In this document: piece after piece, positions 1 to 9,397 of the stretch
Position numbering within the stretch: position 1 is the first letter of the stretch
Layout: every line of letters starts with the position of its first letter
Source of the DNA: an uncultured virus (IMG/VR IMGVR_UViG_3300008266_011056)
Taxonomy: Duplodnaviria > Heunggongvirae > Uroviricota > Caudoviricetes
DNA length: 64,000 nt
Strand: one strand, 5' to 3'
Virus record (IMG/VR): IMGVR_UViG_3300008266_011056
Translations under genes and position numbers: made by a program
The notes under the pieces: generated by a model
Database searches by the model: none
Told to the model about the DNA's origin: nothing
Seen by the model: only the letters and a program-made list of their open reading frames with translations

Positions 1-316
1 AATTGTTAATTTGTTGAGTAACTTGTGTACCTAAAAGATTATTTAAATTATTAGATACACCCGCGCTACCTAGATTACCTGTTACTAAATTAACTGGGTT
101 AAATTGTCCAACTAAGGCTTTAGGTATATCTGTTATGTTTTTGTTGGCGTTTTGAGATACTAATCTAATGGTTTGTGTAGCGGTAGTCTCAGCTACTCTA
201 GAAGCAATTTTTCTAAGTGTCTCATTTGGAATATTAGAGACAACACCATTCATAGCATTAAAAACTTGATTTTCAAAAATGCCTTTTAGTTGTGAAGCAA
301 AAATAGGATTACTCAT
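1..316 (-). CDS. Partial ORF running off the window start; probably a baseplate/gp5-associated structural protein (MSNPIFASQLKGIFENQVFNAM...)
   Basis: Read by hand: ATG at 316 overlaps the gp5 stop (ATGA); frame open to base 1. Confidence 0.7.
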   Translation of the reverse strand, partial: MSNPIFASQLKGIFENQVFNAMNGVVSNIPNETLRKIASRVAETTATQTIRLVSQNANKNITDIPKALVGQFNPVNLVTGNLGSAGVSNNLNNLLGTQVTQQINN

Positions 317-1410
317 GATTTTATAAGTTTATATAAGTCAGCTTTCTCTGCAATGTAACGGTTTCGTACACCCGTTTTTGTAGCTTCACTACTTCTTGCA
401 AACATTCTCGGTATTAAGCTAATTTTATGTTGAGTGACTAAATCAACAATTTCTCTTTCTGTAATTACACTCTTATCTGCTAAAATTCTAAATGCATCAT
501 CAATTCTATCCGGGCCCCATTGTACTGCTGTCGACCATACAAGATCTTTGACTGCTGGGCCGTACTTATCTACATCGCATAGTTGAAGACGTTTTAAAAT
601 ATTTACTGCTTTATTATAGATAGTTCTTTCTATAAAATCGTGTTGATCTTCTCTAAAAGCGGCTGCATTACTAGAGGCACAGGCTCTCCACGCTCTATCA
701 AATTCAGGAGTTGCAGGAGTTAAACCAGCAAACTTATCTCTAAATTTACAGTTAGGATCTCTAACATATGACTTAACAGTACCCCCGCTTCCATCTCTTG
801 GCTTGCTAAGTCTAGGGCTACTTACAGGTAAACCAGAATACATTTGATAGATACCATACGATGCACCTCCAAAGTCTCCTGCTGCTGCACCGTTGTAATC
901 ATTTATGGTACCTGGACCGCCAGATCCTACTTCATACTTCTCTGATGTCTGTCCTAACTTCCACCCAGGTATATCTGGTGTACCTGATCTAACCGGTTCG
1001 CCTTTTTCATCAAGAACTTCTTTACCTGTTCCATCTCTAAGAACACCATCATTAGGGTTAGTATTATATTCAGGATCTGGTGTCTCTTCAAATCCTGATG
1101 TCACGGTACTAGAGGCAATCGTACCTAACATAGCAGGTTGCTGCATGTCGGTACCATCTAAAAAGAAACCAAGGACCCAAGTACCTGGTAAAGGTCCTAA
1201 AGGTGAGGATCCTTTACCTGAAGTAGCAGCTGATGTAATAGGTTGAATTGGAATTGCCCAGGGTAGATCTTTAGTATCTAAAACTTCTTTAACTTCTGTA
1301 TGATAACCAAAAATTCTTACCTTACAACGACCCATTTTTTCAGGGTCGTTTCTATCTTCAACAACCCCTATCCACCAATTAAAACCATCTTTGTTGAATA
1401 TTCTTTGCAT
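313..1410 (-). CDS. gp5: Baseplate hub gp5 N-terminal OB-fold fused to a lysozyme-like domain
   Basis: WWIGVVEDRNDP..GRCKVRIFGYH..LPWA..GTWVLGFFLDG..QQP is the gp5 OB-fold signature; C-half SEKYE..GGASYGIYQ..WSTAVQWG resembles lysozyme-like domains. Confidence 0.85.
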   Translation of the reverse strand: MQRIFNKDGFNWWIGVVEDRNDPEKMGRCKVRIFGYHTEVKEVLDTKDLPWAIPIQPITSAATSGKGSSPLGPLPGTWVLGFFLDGTDMQQPAMLGTIASSTVTSGFEETPDPEYNTNPNDGVLRDGTGKEVLDEKGEPVRSGTPDIPGWKLGQTSEKYEVGSGGPGTINDYNGAAAGDFGGASYGIYQMYSGLPVSSPRLSKPRDGSGGTVKSYVRDPNCKFRDKFAGLTPATPEFDRAWRACASSNAAAFREDQHDFIERTIYNKAVNILKRLQLCDVDKYGPAVKDLVWSTAVQWGPDRIDDAFRILADKSVITEREIVDLVTQHKISLIPRMFARSSEATKTGVRNRYIAEKADLYKLIKS

Positions 1411-2768
1411 TAGCTCTGAGTATATAATGAATCTTTAACACATTCCATAGTCATGTTATGTTCGTTAAAGTTAAGTTTATGACGAATTGCGGTAATAAAA
1501 TAGTAACCTGAGTAACTGGGATCTTCTGATTTAGAAGGATCAGCGTTATTACTATCATCTTTACCACCAAGACTTGGATAAGAAAAGTATAACATCTTTC
1601 CTACCTCTACATCGGTTCTTCCTGGTATTGTTAAATTCAATTTAATGTTAGTTAAATCCAATAAACTTGACAATCTATTTCCATATATCTCACCCATTTT
1701 TTCATTAATATTATCTTTAAAATTATCAAACAGTTTAGGATTTTTTGGGTAATAACTAATGTGTGAAGCTGAATTTCTAAAAGCATTCTTAGAGAAAATG
1801 GGTACGGCATAATCTCCAAAGCCTGCTGTATGCCATTGGTTCTTATATTCTTCAACGTAATCATAATTAATTACATCATAGGTTTTATTCATTACATCTA
1901 AAAAATACAGTCTATTAGCTAGATACCCGTTAGTATAATTTTTAATATGGTCGATATTTTCAACCATAGTAACATCTTTAGCGATAAAATATTCTCGATT
2001 TAGATGAGTAGAATCTAACATACCTTCTTTAAAGTTTGCAGCTGACTTAAAGTATGTACCTATAGTTTCTTTATTTTGTAATGTTTCTTTAAAAATATAT
2101 TCTAAAGATCCAAAGTAAAATGATTTATTAGATTCAAAAAACAAATAATTTTTAGCTTTACCTTCTTTAGGTATAGATTTAGAGGCTAACCAGGTTAAGC
2201 ATTTGAAAGGGGTCCATCCAGGAGAAATAAATTTAACTTTATTAGTTGTGGGGTTTAAAATAACTAGTGGTGTAATTATTTCGGTTTCTTCTTTCGCACC
2301 TTTATCATCAGGGTTTGCATCATAATTTCTACCCGTAGCGATGTATTGACCAAATATTTCTTTAACTACATCTGTTATTTCACCCTCAAATGGTCTGAAT
2401 AATGGTAGGTTAATATCATAAAAAAATTCTACTGATGCAAAATGTAATGTAAATAATTGCGTATTATTATCTCTTACAATAGCGCGATCGGAGATTTGAT
2501 ATACTCTAAACGTCTTTTTTATTACATGTTCGAAGGATGGTGTGACAAATTCGATATTAATTAATTCTTCACCAACTAAATTACCTAAATCAATAATATT
2601 TCTACTATCAGATAAAACAATATCACCTTTCATACATGGTGAAAAGATATCTTCGTAAATATTAAGCTCAACAAAAAACTCCTTTAAATTAATTACAACA
2701 TTTTCAGTGGTAATTAATTTTAAAGTTCTAATATCTACTGCACCTGCTCTTTGAACGCTATCTACCAT
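1410..2768 (-). CDS. Baseplate hub / tail protein (gp27-like)
   Basis: ELNIYEDIFS, YLFFE, IPGRTDVEVG and YSGYYFITAIRH motifs; lies between gp53 and gp5. Confidence 0.7.
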   Translation of the reverse strand: MVDSVQRAGAVDIRTLKLITTENVVINLKEFFVELNIYEDIFSPCMKGDIVLSDSRNIIDLGNLVGEELINIEFVTPSFEHVIKKTFRVYQISDRAIVRDNNTQLFTLHFASVEFFYDINLPLFRPFEGEITDVVKEIFGQYIATGRNYDANPDDKGAKEETEIITPLVILNPTTNKVKFISPGWTPFKCLTWLASKSIPKEGKAKNYLFFESNKSFYFGSLEYIFKETLQNKETIGTYFKSAANFKEGMLDSTHLNREYFIAKDVTMVENIDHIKNYTNGYLANRLYFLDVMNKTYDVINYDYVEEYKNQWHTAGFGDYAVPIFSKNAFRNSASHISYYPKNPKLFDNFKDNINEKMGEIYGNRLSSLLDLTNIKLNLTIPGRTDVEVGKMLYFSYPSLGGKDDSNNADPSKSEDPSYSGYYFITAIRHKLNFNEHNMTMECVKDSLYTQS

Positions 2769-3259
2769 TAGACACTACTCACTATATTTTTAAAGTCATT
2801 AACTACATTACGAATAAACTCAGGTTTTAATAAACGTATTCTTCTCTTCTTTTCATTTAACTGCTCTTCGTATTGAAAATTAGAAACTGAAGTTGCACCT
2901 GGAACAGTACTATTTACTATATAACCTTCTGAATTAATGTAATGATGAATACCAAAAATATTATCGTATTTGGTCTCACAATAGCTTTTCAAATTTTTTG
3001 TTGATAAAGGCCAGTCAAATCTAGGGTCAATTATCTCATTTAAGTGGCAAATAACCCAGTGTAATTTTGGATCGCCATAAAACTGATCTGCAATAATTTC
3101 AGGTGTCTCCCCTTCTTTTATATCATATAGCTCATACAAGGTGAGATTATTTTTAATCTCGTCACTAAGAATAACACGTAAGAAAATATTGGTAACTAGC
3201 TGAACGCTCTTATTGTCATCTAACGAATAAAACGTTTTTGGAAACTGTTCGAAATACAT
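2768..3259 (-). CDS. gp53: Baseplate wedge protein
   Basis: MYFEQFP..YDIKEGETPEIIA..YGD..HWVI..NEIIDP..DWP..NEKKRRI; synteny. Confidence 0.9.
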   Translation of the reverse strand: MYFEQFPKTFYSLDDNKSVQLVTNIFLRVILSDEIKNNLTLYELYDIKEGETPEIIADQFYGDPKLHWVICHLNEIIDPRFDWPLSTKNLKSYCETKYDNIFGIHHYINSEGYIVNSTVPGATSVSNFQYEEQLNEKKRRIRLLKPEFIRNVVNDFKNIVSSV

Positions 3260-4356
3260 TAGTACCCCTGATCGATCATCTTCTTAGTTAACAATTCGAT
3301 TTCACGGAATGTAAGACTCATGTTAATTTCTGTAGGGCTGCCATCACTAAATGAAGAGAACTGTTCACCACCATAACTTAAATCCATAGTCTCTAATACA
3401 CAGTTTGCAAATTTATGAAAATAGGTATTACGCCCGCTATTATAATTGTAAGTAATTATAAACTCTGATGGATATTTAAAGAATAACCTATTATCCGACA
3501 TCTCCGGGTGCATATGGTATTTAAATAAGCTAATTATATCTTTTGCTCTTCTGGATTCTTCAGGGCTTCTAGGAAAAAATCTATACTTAAATTGGAATGT
3601 TCTAAAATCTACCGATTCAAATACTACTTCTTTAAACGGGTTCAGAGCTACACCTGCTCCTTTTTGAGCAGCTGTAGATATATCCACACCAGAAAATATA
3701 CCTGGTAATTTTGCAGCCTGAAGACCTATAGCAGATAAAGCCTCTGCAGAATTTAAATTTTTATAAGTGTCCCCGATAGCTCCACCAATCAACCCTGCTA
3801 AGTTACCTAGCTCTTTATTTGTGTAGTTCATACCATAGCGAACTGTAGGAGGCCCGTCTACATACAAAGCTATTACTTGTTCCAGCTTGTATTTGACATC
3901 AGGTGTCAAGAAATCAGCCATAGCTTTACCTACAGCAACACCTGCAACACCACCTGCAACAACTCCCGGTATACTTACACCAGGTGCGCCTTTTTGTTGA
4001 TCTCCAGTTTTACCTACAGTATCAAATAATTTTTTTGTTAGCGCATAAACTGCACCACCAGATGTAACAGCCCCTGCCCCTACTGCACCAGTTCCTAGAC
4101 CCGATAGTTGCTCTCTAGATAGATTTGCGCTATCTGGATTGTTTCTTATTTCTTGTACTTTTTTACCTTTTACAGCCTCAGATTTACCACGCGAAACCAA
4201 TTCAAATGTTATGTAATGCTTAAGTTCATTATTATTAAGATCTACAGGGTACTGAAAAATAGGACCAGCCTGATACCTATTTTTTGATGTGCTTGCATCT
4301 TTACCTGGTTTTAGGTTGCTTATTGAGCTGGTACTAGGGCGGTCTTGTGTTGGCAT
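3259..4356 (-). CDS. gp48: Baseplate tail tube cap
   Basis: NPFKEVVFESVDFRTFQFKYRFFPRS..E..YPSEF..CVL..LTFREIE; synteny. Confidence 0.85.
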   Translation of the reverse strand: MPTQDRPSTSSISNLKPGKDASTSKNRYQAGPIFQYPVDLNNNELKHYITFELVSRGKSEAVKGKKVQEIRNNPDSANLSREQLSGLGTGAVGAGAVTSGGAVYALTKKLFDTVGKTGDQQKGAPGVSIPGVVAGGVAGVAVGKAMADFLTPDVKYKLEQVIALYVDGPPTVRYGMNYTNKELGNLAGLIGGAIGDTYKNLNSAEALSAIGLQAAKLPGIFSGVDISTAAQKGAGVALNPFKEVVFESVDFRTFQFKYRFFPRSPEESRRAKDIISLFKYHMHPEMSDNRLFFKYPSEFIITYNYNSGRNTYFHKFANCVLETMDLSYGGEQFSSFSDGSPTEINMSLTFREIELLTKKMIDQGY

Positions 4357-4361
4357 TTTGT

Positions 4362-4369
4362 TATAAATA
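4362..4369 (+). promoter_or_regulatory. T4-type late promoter TATAAATA for the gp4-gp2 block
   Basis: Exact TATAAATA upstream of the gp4 ATG at 4396. Confidence 0.75.
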
Positions 4370-4395
4370 GTGAAAATGTACTATATTTATCTCGT

Positions 4396-4842
4396 ATGTA
4401 TAAATCAACCTACAAAGGTTACTATCGTATCTCTAACCCTTCCAAGTACCGTGGAGACTTACAGGAAGTAATATACAGATCTTCGTGGGAGCTTAGGTTC
4501 ATGAAGTATTGTGATTTTAATGATGCTGTAGTGGAATGGGGTTCTGAGACAATTATTATACCTTATCGCTCACCAGTAGATAATAAGGTACATAGATATT
4601 TTGTTGATTTTTATGTAAAAATAAGAGATTCTTCCAATAAAGTAACCAAGTATTTAATAGAAATTAAACCGGAAAAATTCACAAAACCTCCTGAAATACC
4701 TAAACGTAAAACCAAAAGATTCATAGAGGAGGTTTTTAATTACGGCACTAATCAGGCTAAATGGAAAGCCGCTGGTGAATTCTGCCAAGATAGAGGAATG
4801 AAATTTTTAGTGTTAACTGAAAAAGACCTTGGAATTGGTTAG
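4396..4842 (+). CDS. gp4: Head completion nuclease
   Basis: YKG..NPSKYRGD..YRSSWE..WGSE..HRYFVDF..IEIKP..NQAKW; start moved to ATG 4396. Confidence 0.9.
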   Translation: MYKSTYKGYYRISNPSKYRGDLQEVIYRSSWELRFMKYCDFNDAVVEWGSETIIIPYRSPVDNKVHRYFVDFYVKIRDSSNKVTKYLIEIKPEKFTKPPEIPKRKTKRFIEEVFNYGTNQAKWKAAGEFCQDRGMKFLVLTEKDLGIG

Positions 4843-4855
4843 GATAAATATTACC

Positions 4856-5425
4856 ATGGCAAATCCTTTCGAAAACATTCGTCAAGCAGCAAATAATCAG
4901 CAGCTTGATCGCTCACTTAGATGGTATCGCGATAACCTTAAAGTTCTTGCGAGTACTAGACCTGAAAGCTTAATGTCCAGAGGTGGAGAGCTAGTTTCGC
5001 AAATTATACCTGGTAACATGTATATGTTTTTTTATGAAGCGAAACTTAAAGACTCTTTACCATACTGGGATAAGTTTCCTTTAATATTAGCATTTCGCCG
5101 AGTTGAGAATGGATTCTATGGAATCAATCTTCATTATCTACCCTATATGGTAAGATTTAAAGTACTAGGTGCAATGCATAATTACACAGCAAGTGAGAAG
5201 ATAGGTGATGATACAAAAGTAAGAATAAATTGGCAGATTGTAGAATCAGTATCAAAACTTGAGCCAGCAAGAGCGTGTGTAAAACATTATCTGTATGATC
5301 ATGTAGAATCACGTTTTTTAAAAATTAAATATCCTGATTGGATAACAGCATCTCAATTACCAGTAGAGCGTTTTGTAGGTGCTACTAAAGAAACGGTCTG
5401 GAGAGAGACCAGGAAAAAATACTAA
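4856..5425 (+). CDS. gp2: DNA end protector protein
   Basis: GNMYMFFYEAK..LPYWDKFPL..GINLHYLP..VKHYL; start moved to ATG 4856. Confidence 0.9.
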   Translation: MANPFENIRQAANNQQLDRSLRWYRDNLKVLASTRPESLMSRGGELVSQIIPGNMYMFFYEAKLKDSLPYWDKFPLILAFRRVENGFYGINLHYLPYMVRFKVLGAMHNYTASEKIGDDTKVRINWQIVESVSKLEPARACVKHYLYDHVESRFLKIKYPDWITASQLPVERFVGATKETVWRETRKKY

Positions 5426-6126
5426 TGAATAAAGCACATTTTAAAATTGCGGATTTTAGAGCCACTCTTTTAGCTAAAAGTCTAGCTAGAACTAATCGTT
5501 TTGAAATTCAAATTATTCCCCCTGCTGCTCTTAGACAGAGTTCAGATTTAGTAAGTTTATTTGCTGAGCAGGCTTCTTTCCCTATTCTTAATATTCAAAC
5601 TAAACCATTTAAGATATTTGGACCTGCATACCAAAAACCAATCACAAGTGATTATGGTGGTGAAGGTACATCTATTGTTTTTCATCTAGACAGAGAGATG
5701 AAAATTAAAAGGTTTTTTGATTCTTGGTTGCATTCCGTAGTAGATAAAGATAGCTATACTGTAGGTTGGTTAAATGATTATAAAGGCACTGTTATTATAA
5801 GACAGTTAGATGAAGAAGAAAATATTACGTATGAAGTTGAGTTAATAGATGCATTTCCTAGAAATGCAAATTTATTAGATCTTAATCACAACTCAACTAA
5901 TCAAACACATAGATTAAATGTTTTATTTGCATATCGTTATTGGAGAGACTTAAGCACTACAAGAGTAGCTGACGTACCCACACCTATATTTGTTAATAAG
6001 ACAGTTACTACTGCAGCTGCTAATAAGAGCGTTTCGAATAAGCCTATCCAAAGCCCTTCCCCTAGACTGGCGGATGGTTTAGATAATCAAAACGGACAAC
6101 AAGTAGGAGCAGGATCATTTGGTTAA
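5425..6126 (+). CDS. gp54: Baseplate tail tube initiator
   Basis: LARTNRFE..FDSW..IRQLD..FP..FAYRYW tail-tube fold; synteny. Confidence 0.75.
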   Translation: MNKAHFKIADFRATLLAKSLARTNRFEIQIIPPAALRQSSDLVSLFAEQASFPILNIQTKPFKIFGPAYQKPITSDYGGEGTSIVFHLDREMKIKRFFDSWLHSVVDKDSYTVGWLNDYKGTVIIRQLDEEENITYEVELIDAFPRNANLLDLNHNSTNQTHRLNVLFAYRYWRDLSTTRVADVPTPIFVNKTVTTAAANKSVSNKPIQSPSPRLADGLDNQNGQQVGAGSFG

Positions 6127-6138
6127 TTAGGAGATATA

Positions 6139-6834
6139 ATGGCTTTACCAAAATTAGATACACCAACGTATGAATTGATTTTACCTTCAACCAATAAACC
6201 AATTTCATATAGACCTTTTCTAGTAAAAGAACATAAGATTTTATTAACACTAACTGACGCTAATGAAGAAGAAGTTTCTAGAGTTGTAAGAGAATTAGTA
6301 GATGTTTGTACCTTTAATAAGTTACAAGTTAATAAACTGCCGCATTTCGATGTAGAGTACATCTTTTTACACTTAAGGGCAAAATCTATTAGTGAAATAG
6401 TAGAAGTAATTGTAAATTGTGAATGTGGAAATAAGATCGATGCAACTTATAATATTGAAAATGTTAGTATTGAAAAAGAACCTGATCACTCTAATATTAT
6501 AAAGTTAACGGATATGTATAGTATTGAGATGAATTATCCAGTATTTGATGATGTGGTAAATGTTATCGGAGATGGTAGTACAGATGATATTATTGAGTTA
6601 ATTGCTAACAGTATTAAAGGTGTTTATAGTAATGATGAATACTATGAAGCACAGGATCAGACTAAAAACGAATTAAGAGAGTTTGTTGAATCTTTTACAA
6701 AATCTCAGTTCGAAAAAATAGAGAAGTTTTTTACAACTTCTCCTAAAGTTGTACAGACTATAGAAGCAGATTGTAATGAGTGTGGTAAGCATAATGTTAC
6801 TAAATTAACCGGATTACAAAATTTTTTCGTATAA
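6139..6834 (+). CDS. gp26: Baseplate hub subunit / assembly chaperone (gp26 family)
   Basis: MALPKL..PTYEL..YRPFLVKEHKILL..DVEYIFLHLRAKS..GLQNFF. Confidence 0.85.
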   Translation: MALPKLDTPTYELILPSTNKPISYRPFLVKEHKILLTLTDANEEEVSRVVRELVDVCTFNKLQVNKLPHFDVEYIFLHLRAKSISEIVEVIVNCECGNKIDATYNIENVSIEKEPDHSNIIKLTDMYSIEMNYPVFDDVVNVIGDGSTDDIIELIANSIKGVYSNDEYYEAQDQTKNELREFVESFTKSQFEKIEKFFTTSPKVVQTIEADCNECGKHNVTKLTGLQNFFV

Positions 6835-7028
6835 CCCTTTCTCAAGATAACTTACTTAATTATTATACTTTAAATTTTGCGTTAATGCAACATCACAAGT
6901 ACTCGTTGACAGAATTAGAAAATATGTTACCCTGGGAAAGGGAAATTTACGTAGCTCTTCTGGTTGATCATGTTAAAAAAGAAAACGATAAATTAAAAAT
7001 TCTTCAACAGAATAGTAAGCACCTATAA
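6831..7028 (+). CDS. gp51: Baseplate hub assembly protein (gp51-like), absent from the ORF track; first ATG at 6885
   Basis: Hand translation ITLSQDNLLNYYTLNFALMQHHKYSLTELENMLPWEREIYVALLVDHVKKEN...HL*; stop overlaps the next ATG (TAATG). Confidence 0.8.
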   Translation: MTLSQDNLLNYYTLNFALMQHHKYSLTELENMLPWEREIYVALLVDHVKKENDKLKILQQNSKHL

Positions 7029-9202
7029 TGAAAAAAGCAATAGAAGACATAAAAAAATCTGCATCTACTGGAGATGCCGGGGAAAAACCGTTAGGTGTAT
7101 TACTTGAGGAAAAGAAGTTTGAACAGATATCAGAAAAAGGTACGAAGACCTTAGATAAGACTTTAAAGGATGAAGTTGGTAAACAGTTAGAAGATATTAA
7201 TAAAACTTTAAAAGATTTAAAAGATAGTTTTAATAAGCCGAGCAGAGGAAAAGAGGATAAAGAGACTCCTGGTGAAAGCACCAAGTTAGGGGAAAAAGAA
7301 GCCCCGGTAACATTAAAAGAAAAATTAATGTCTGCTGTTGGTGGTATTAGAGCTAGAAGAGAAGCTACAAAAGAGTTCTTAAAAGCACCTATAAAGAATA
7401 TAAAAGAATCAATAGGTGGTTTTGCATCTAGTGTTCAAAATAAAGCCTATGAAAGAATGGGTGACATAGGAGATATAATTTCTGCACCAGCGGGTTATAA
7501 TCCGGAAAAAGAACAATTTGCAAAAGACTACGGGTTACGTACCGAAGAAGGTAGAGCAAGAGATCAAAGTAAGCGTGACGAAATGCGTGAACGTATCCTT
7601 AAAGCAGGGTATGATAAAAAAGAAGCAGAAAGAAGATTAAAAGAAGCTGATGAGTATGTTTCAGATGAAACAATGGCTGAAGGTAGGAAAAGGTACGAAG
7701 CTACAAAAGGTGCTCAACAAGAGCTAGCTGGAGCTAGAGGTGATATTTCGTCTGCCAAAAAACGTGGTTTTGAGGCTACTGATACAGAACAAGCTAGATT
7801 AGAAGCTGCACAAACTAATTTAGCAGCTATTGATCCAAGAGTAAGAGAAGCAGAGCAGAATTTAAAAGAAGTAAAAGCGGAAGGTGCAAAAGCATCAGAA
7901 AAAGAAAATGATGATAATGTTGTTACCTCTCAAGAGGCTATGGCTAAGTCCATGGAAGAAAATAATGTTATTATTGCTGATTTATTAGAAACTTCTAAAC
8001 AACAATTAGACTCTGTAAGAAAAATATCTGAGTCTATTTCTCCCAAGGAACCAGTTGATTTAGATTTACAATACCAACCTATTACCAAAAAACTAGACGA
8101 ACTTATAACTACTGTAAAAGAAAAAGAATTTACCGGTGGTAGCGGTGGTGTGGGTGGTAGTTTATTAGATACTGCAAAGGATTTATTAGGTGGTAGAGGG
8201 AAAGGTGGTGCAGCAGGAAAAGCTGCTGGTGCAGCTAGTCGTTTTAGTAGGCTTGGTACTGTTGCTAAAGTAGGTGGCGCAGCATTGGCTGTTGCCGGTG
8301 GCGCTTACGCTGCCTACTCTGGTTTTTCAGAAGCATCTGATGAACAAAAAGCTGCATTAGCTGACATTGAAGCTAAAAAGAAATCTGGTGAATTAACTGC
8401 TGAACAAGCTGATGCTATGACTAAGCAGGTTAATGAGCAAGCTACCGAGAAAAAAGGTGGAGCTGTTGGTGAAGGTGTAGGTATGGCTGCCGGTGGTTTA
8501 GCCGGTATGAAACTAGGTGCTGCATTAGGTTCGTTTGCCGGACCTGTAGGTACAGTTGTTGGAGGTGTAGCAGGCGGGGCTATAGGAGCCTTCGCAGGAA
8601 GTTCATTAGGTAAGAAAGCTGGTGAACTGGGTGGTAAAGTAATGAATTATTTTACAGGCGATACAAAGCAAGAAATACCTGCAGATGCTGTTAATACAAC
8701 CACAGGTGCTGCAGCTTTTCCTCTTACACCCCCTGGTGATAAAGCTAAACCAGTAAAGGCTACTGCTGCTTCTAAAGAAGTTTTTTCTAAAGACTATACT
8801 AAAGATCCAAAGTATCAAAAGTTATTACAAGAAGAGCAAGAAGTTATTAGGGGTAGAAATGTACGTACTGCTGGTGAAGGTAGAGAGGCTTCGGAAACGC
8901 TTAGCGTGAGTCAAGTAAGGGAAGCTGAAAGAGAAGCTAAAGCTCGCTATTTACAACAAGGGGGTGGTGCACCAAATGTAGCTCCAGTAAAGAAAGAGCC
9001 TAGTAGTTTAGGTAATTTAAGTGTTGAATATAATGACCAGATACGTGAGGCCGCTCAATCTAAACCAGCCCCTGCACCTGTAATAATGAACAATACGACT
9101 AATAATAGTAGTGGTACACAGTTTGCTCCAATGAAAGCAGTACCAAGAAGTCACACTAATTCTTCTTTAGATAAACATCTAGATAGAGTATCTACTTATT
9201 AA
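7028..9202 (+). CDS. Tape-measure-like / baseplate hub tail length determinator (gp29 position)
   Basis: 724 aa helical Ala/Glu/Lys-rich protein with Gly-zipper segments, directly after gp26/gp51. Confidence 0.6.
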   Translation: MKKAIEDIKKSASTGDAGEKPLGVLLEEKKFEQISEKGTKTLDKTLKDEVGKQLEDINKTLKDLKDSFNKPSRGKEDKETPGESTKLGEKEAPVTLKEKLMSAVGGIRARREATKEFLKAPIKNIKESIGGFASSVQNKAYERMGDIGDIISAPAGYNPEKEQFAKDYGLRTEEGRARDQSKRDEMRERILKAGYDKKEAERRLKEADEYVSDETMAEGRKRYEATKGAQQELAGARGDISSAKKRGFEATDTEQARLEAAQTNLAAIDPRVREAEQNLKEVKAEGAKASEKENDDNVVTSQEAMAKSMEENNVIIADLLETSKQQLDSVRKISESISPKEPVDLDLQYQPITKKLDELITTVKEKEFTGGSGGVGGSLLDTAKDLLGGRGKGGAAGKAAGAASRFSRLGTVAKVGGAALAVAGGAYAAYSGFSEASDEQKAALADIEAKKKSGELTAEQADAMTKQVNEQATEKKGGAVGEGVGMAAGGLAGMKLGAALGSFAGPVGTVVGGVAGGAIGAFAGSSLGKKAGELGGKVMNYFTGDTKQEIPADAVNTTTGAAAFPLTPPGDKAKPVKATAASKEVFSKDYTKDPKYQKLLQEEQEVIRGRNVRTAGEGREASETLSVSQVREAEREAKARYLQQGGGAPNVAPVKKEPSSLGNLSVEYNDQIREAAQSKPAPAPVIMNNTTNNSSGTQFAPMKAVPRSHTNSSLDKHLDRVSTY

Positions 9203-9226
9203 AAAAGGGGCTTAATGCCCCTTTTC
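9201..9226. terminator. Bidirectional intrinsic terminator
   Basis: AAAAAAGGGGC-TTAAT-GCCCCTTTT between convergent genes. Confidence 0.85.
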
Positions 9227-9388
9227 TTATTTCTGTTTCTTCATTACCCTACAACCGTCTGCTTCAGTTTGCCCTTGTTTACAAGGCTTCTTTACTTTAA
9301 CTTCTAGTTTTTTAGGTTCTTCTTTCTTAGGTGGTGCTGCGTAAGCAGAAGAACTAACCGCTAGAAAAAATGCTAGTAGTAGTTTCAT
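9227..9388 (-). CDS. Small secreted Lys-rich peptide, 53 aa, absent from the ORF track
   Basis: MKLLLAFFLAVSSSAYAAPPKKEEPKKLEVKVKKPCKQGQTEADGCRVMKKQK*; GAGG RBS; signal-peptide-like N-terminus. Confidence 0.75.
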   Translation of the reverse strand: MKLLLAFFLAVSSSAYAAPPKKEEPKKLEVKVKKPCKQGQTEADGCRVMKKQK

Positions 9389-9397
9389 AGTTACCTC

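Noticed and set aside
8130..8640. Gly/Ala-rich repetitive stretch
   Set aside because: Protein-level Gly-zipper segments of the tape-measure-like gene, not a DNA repeat array
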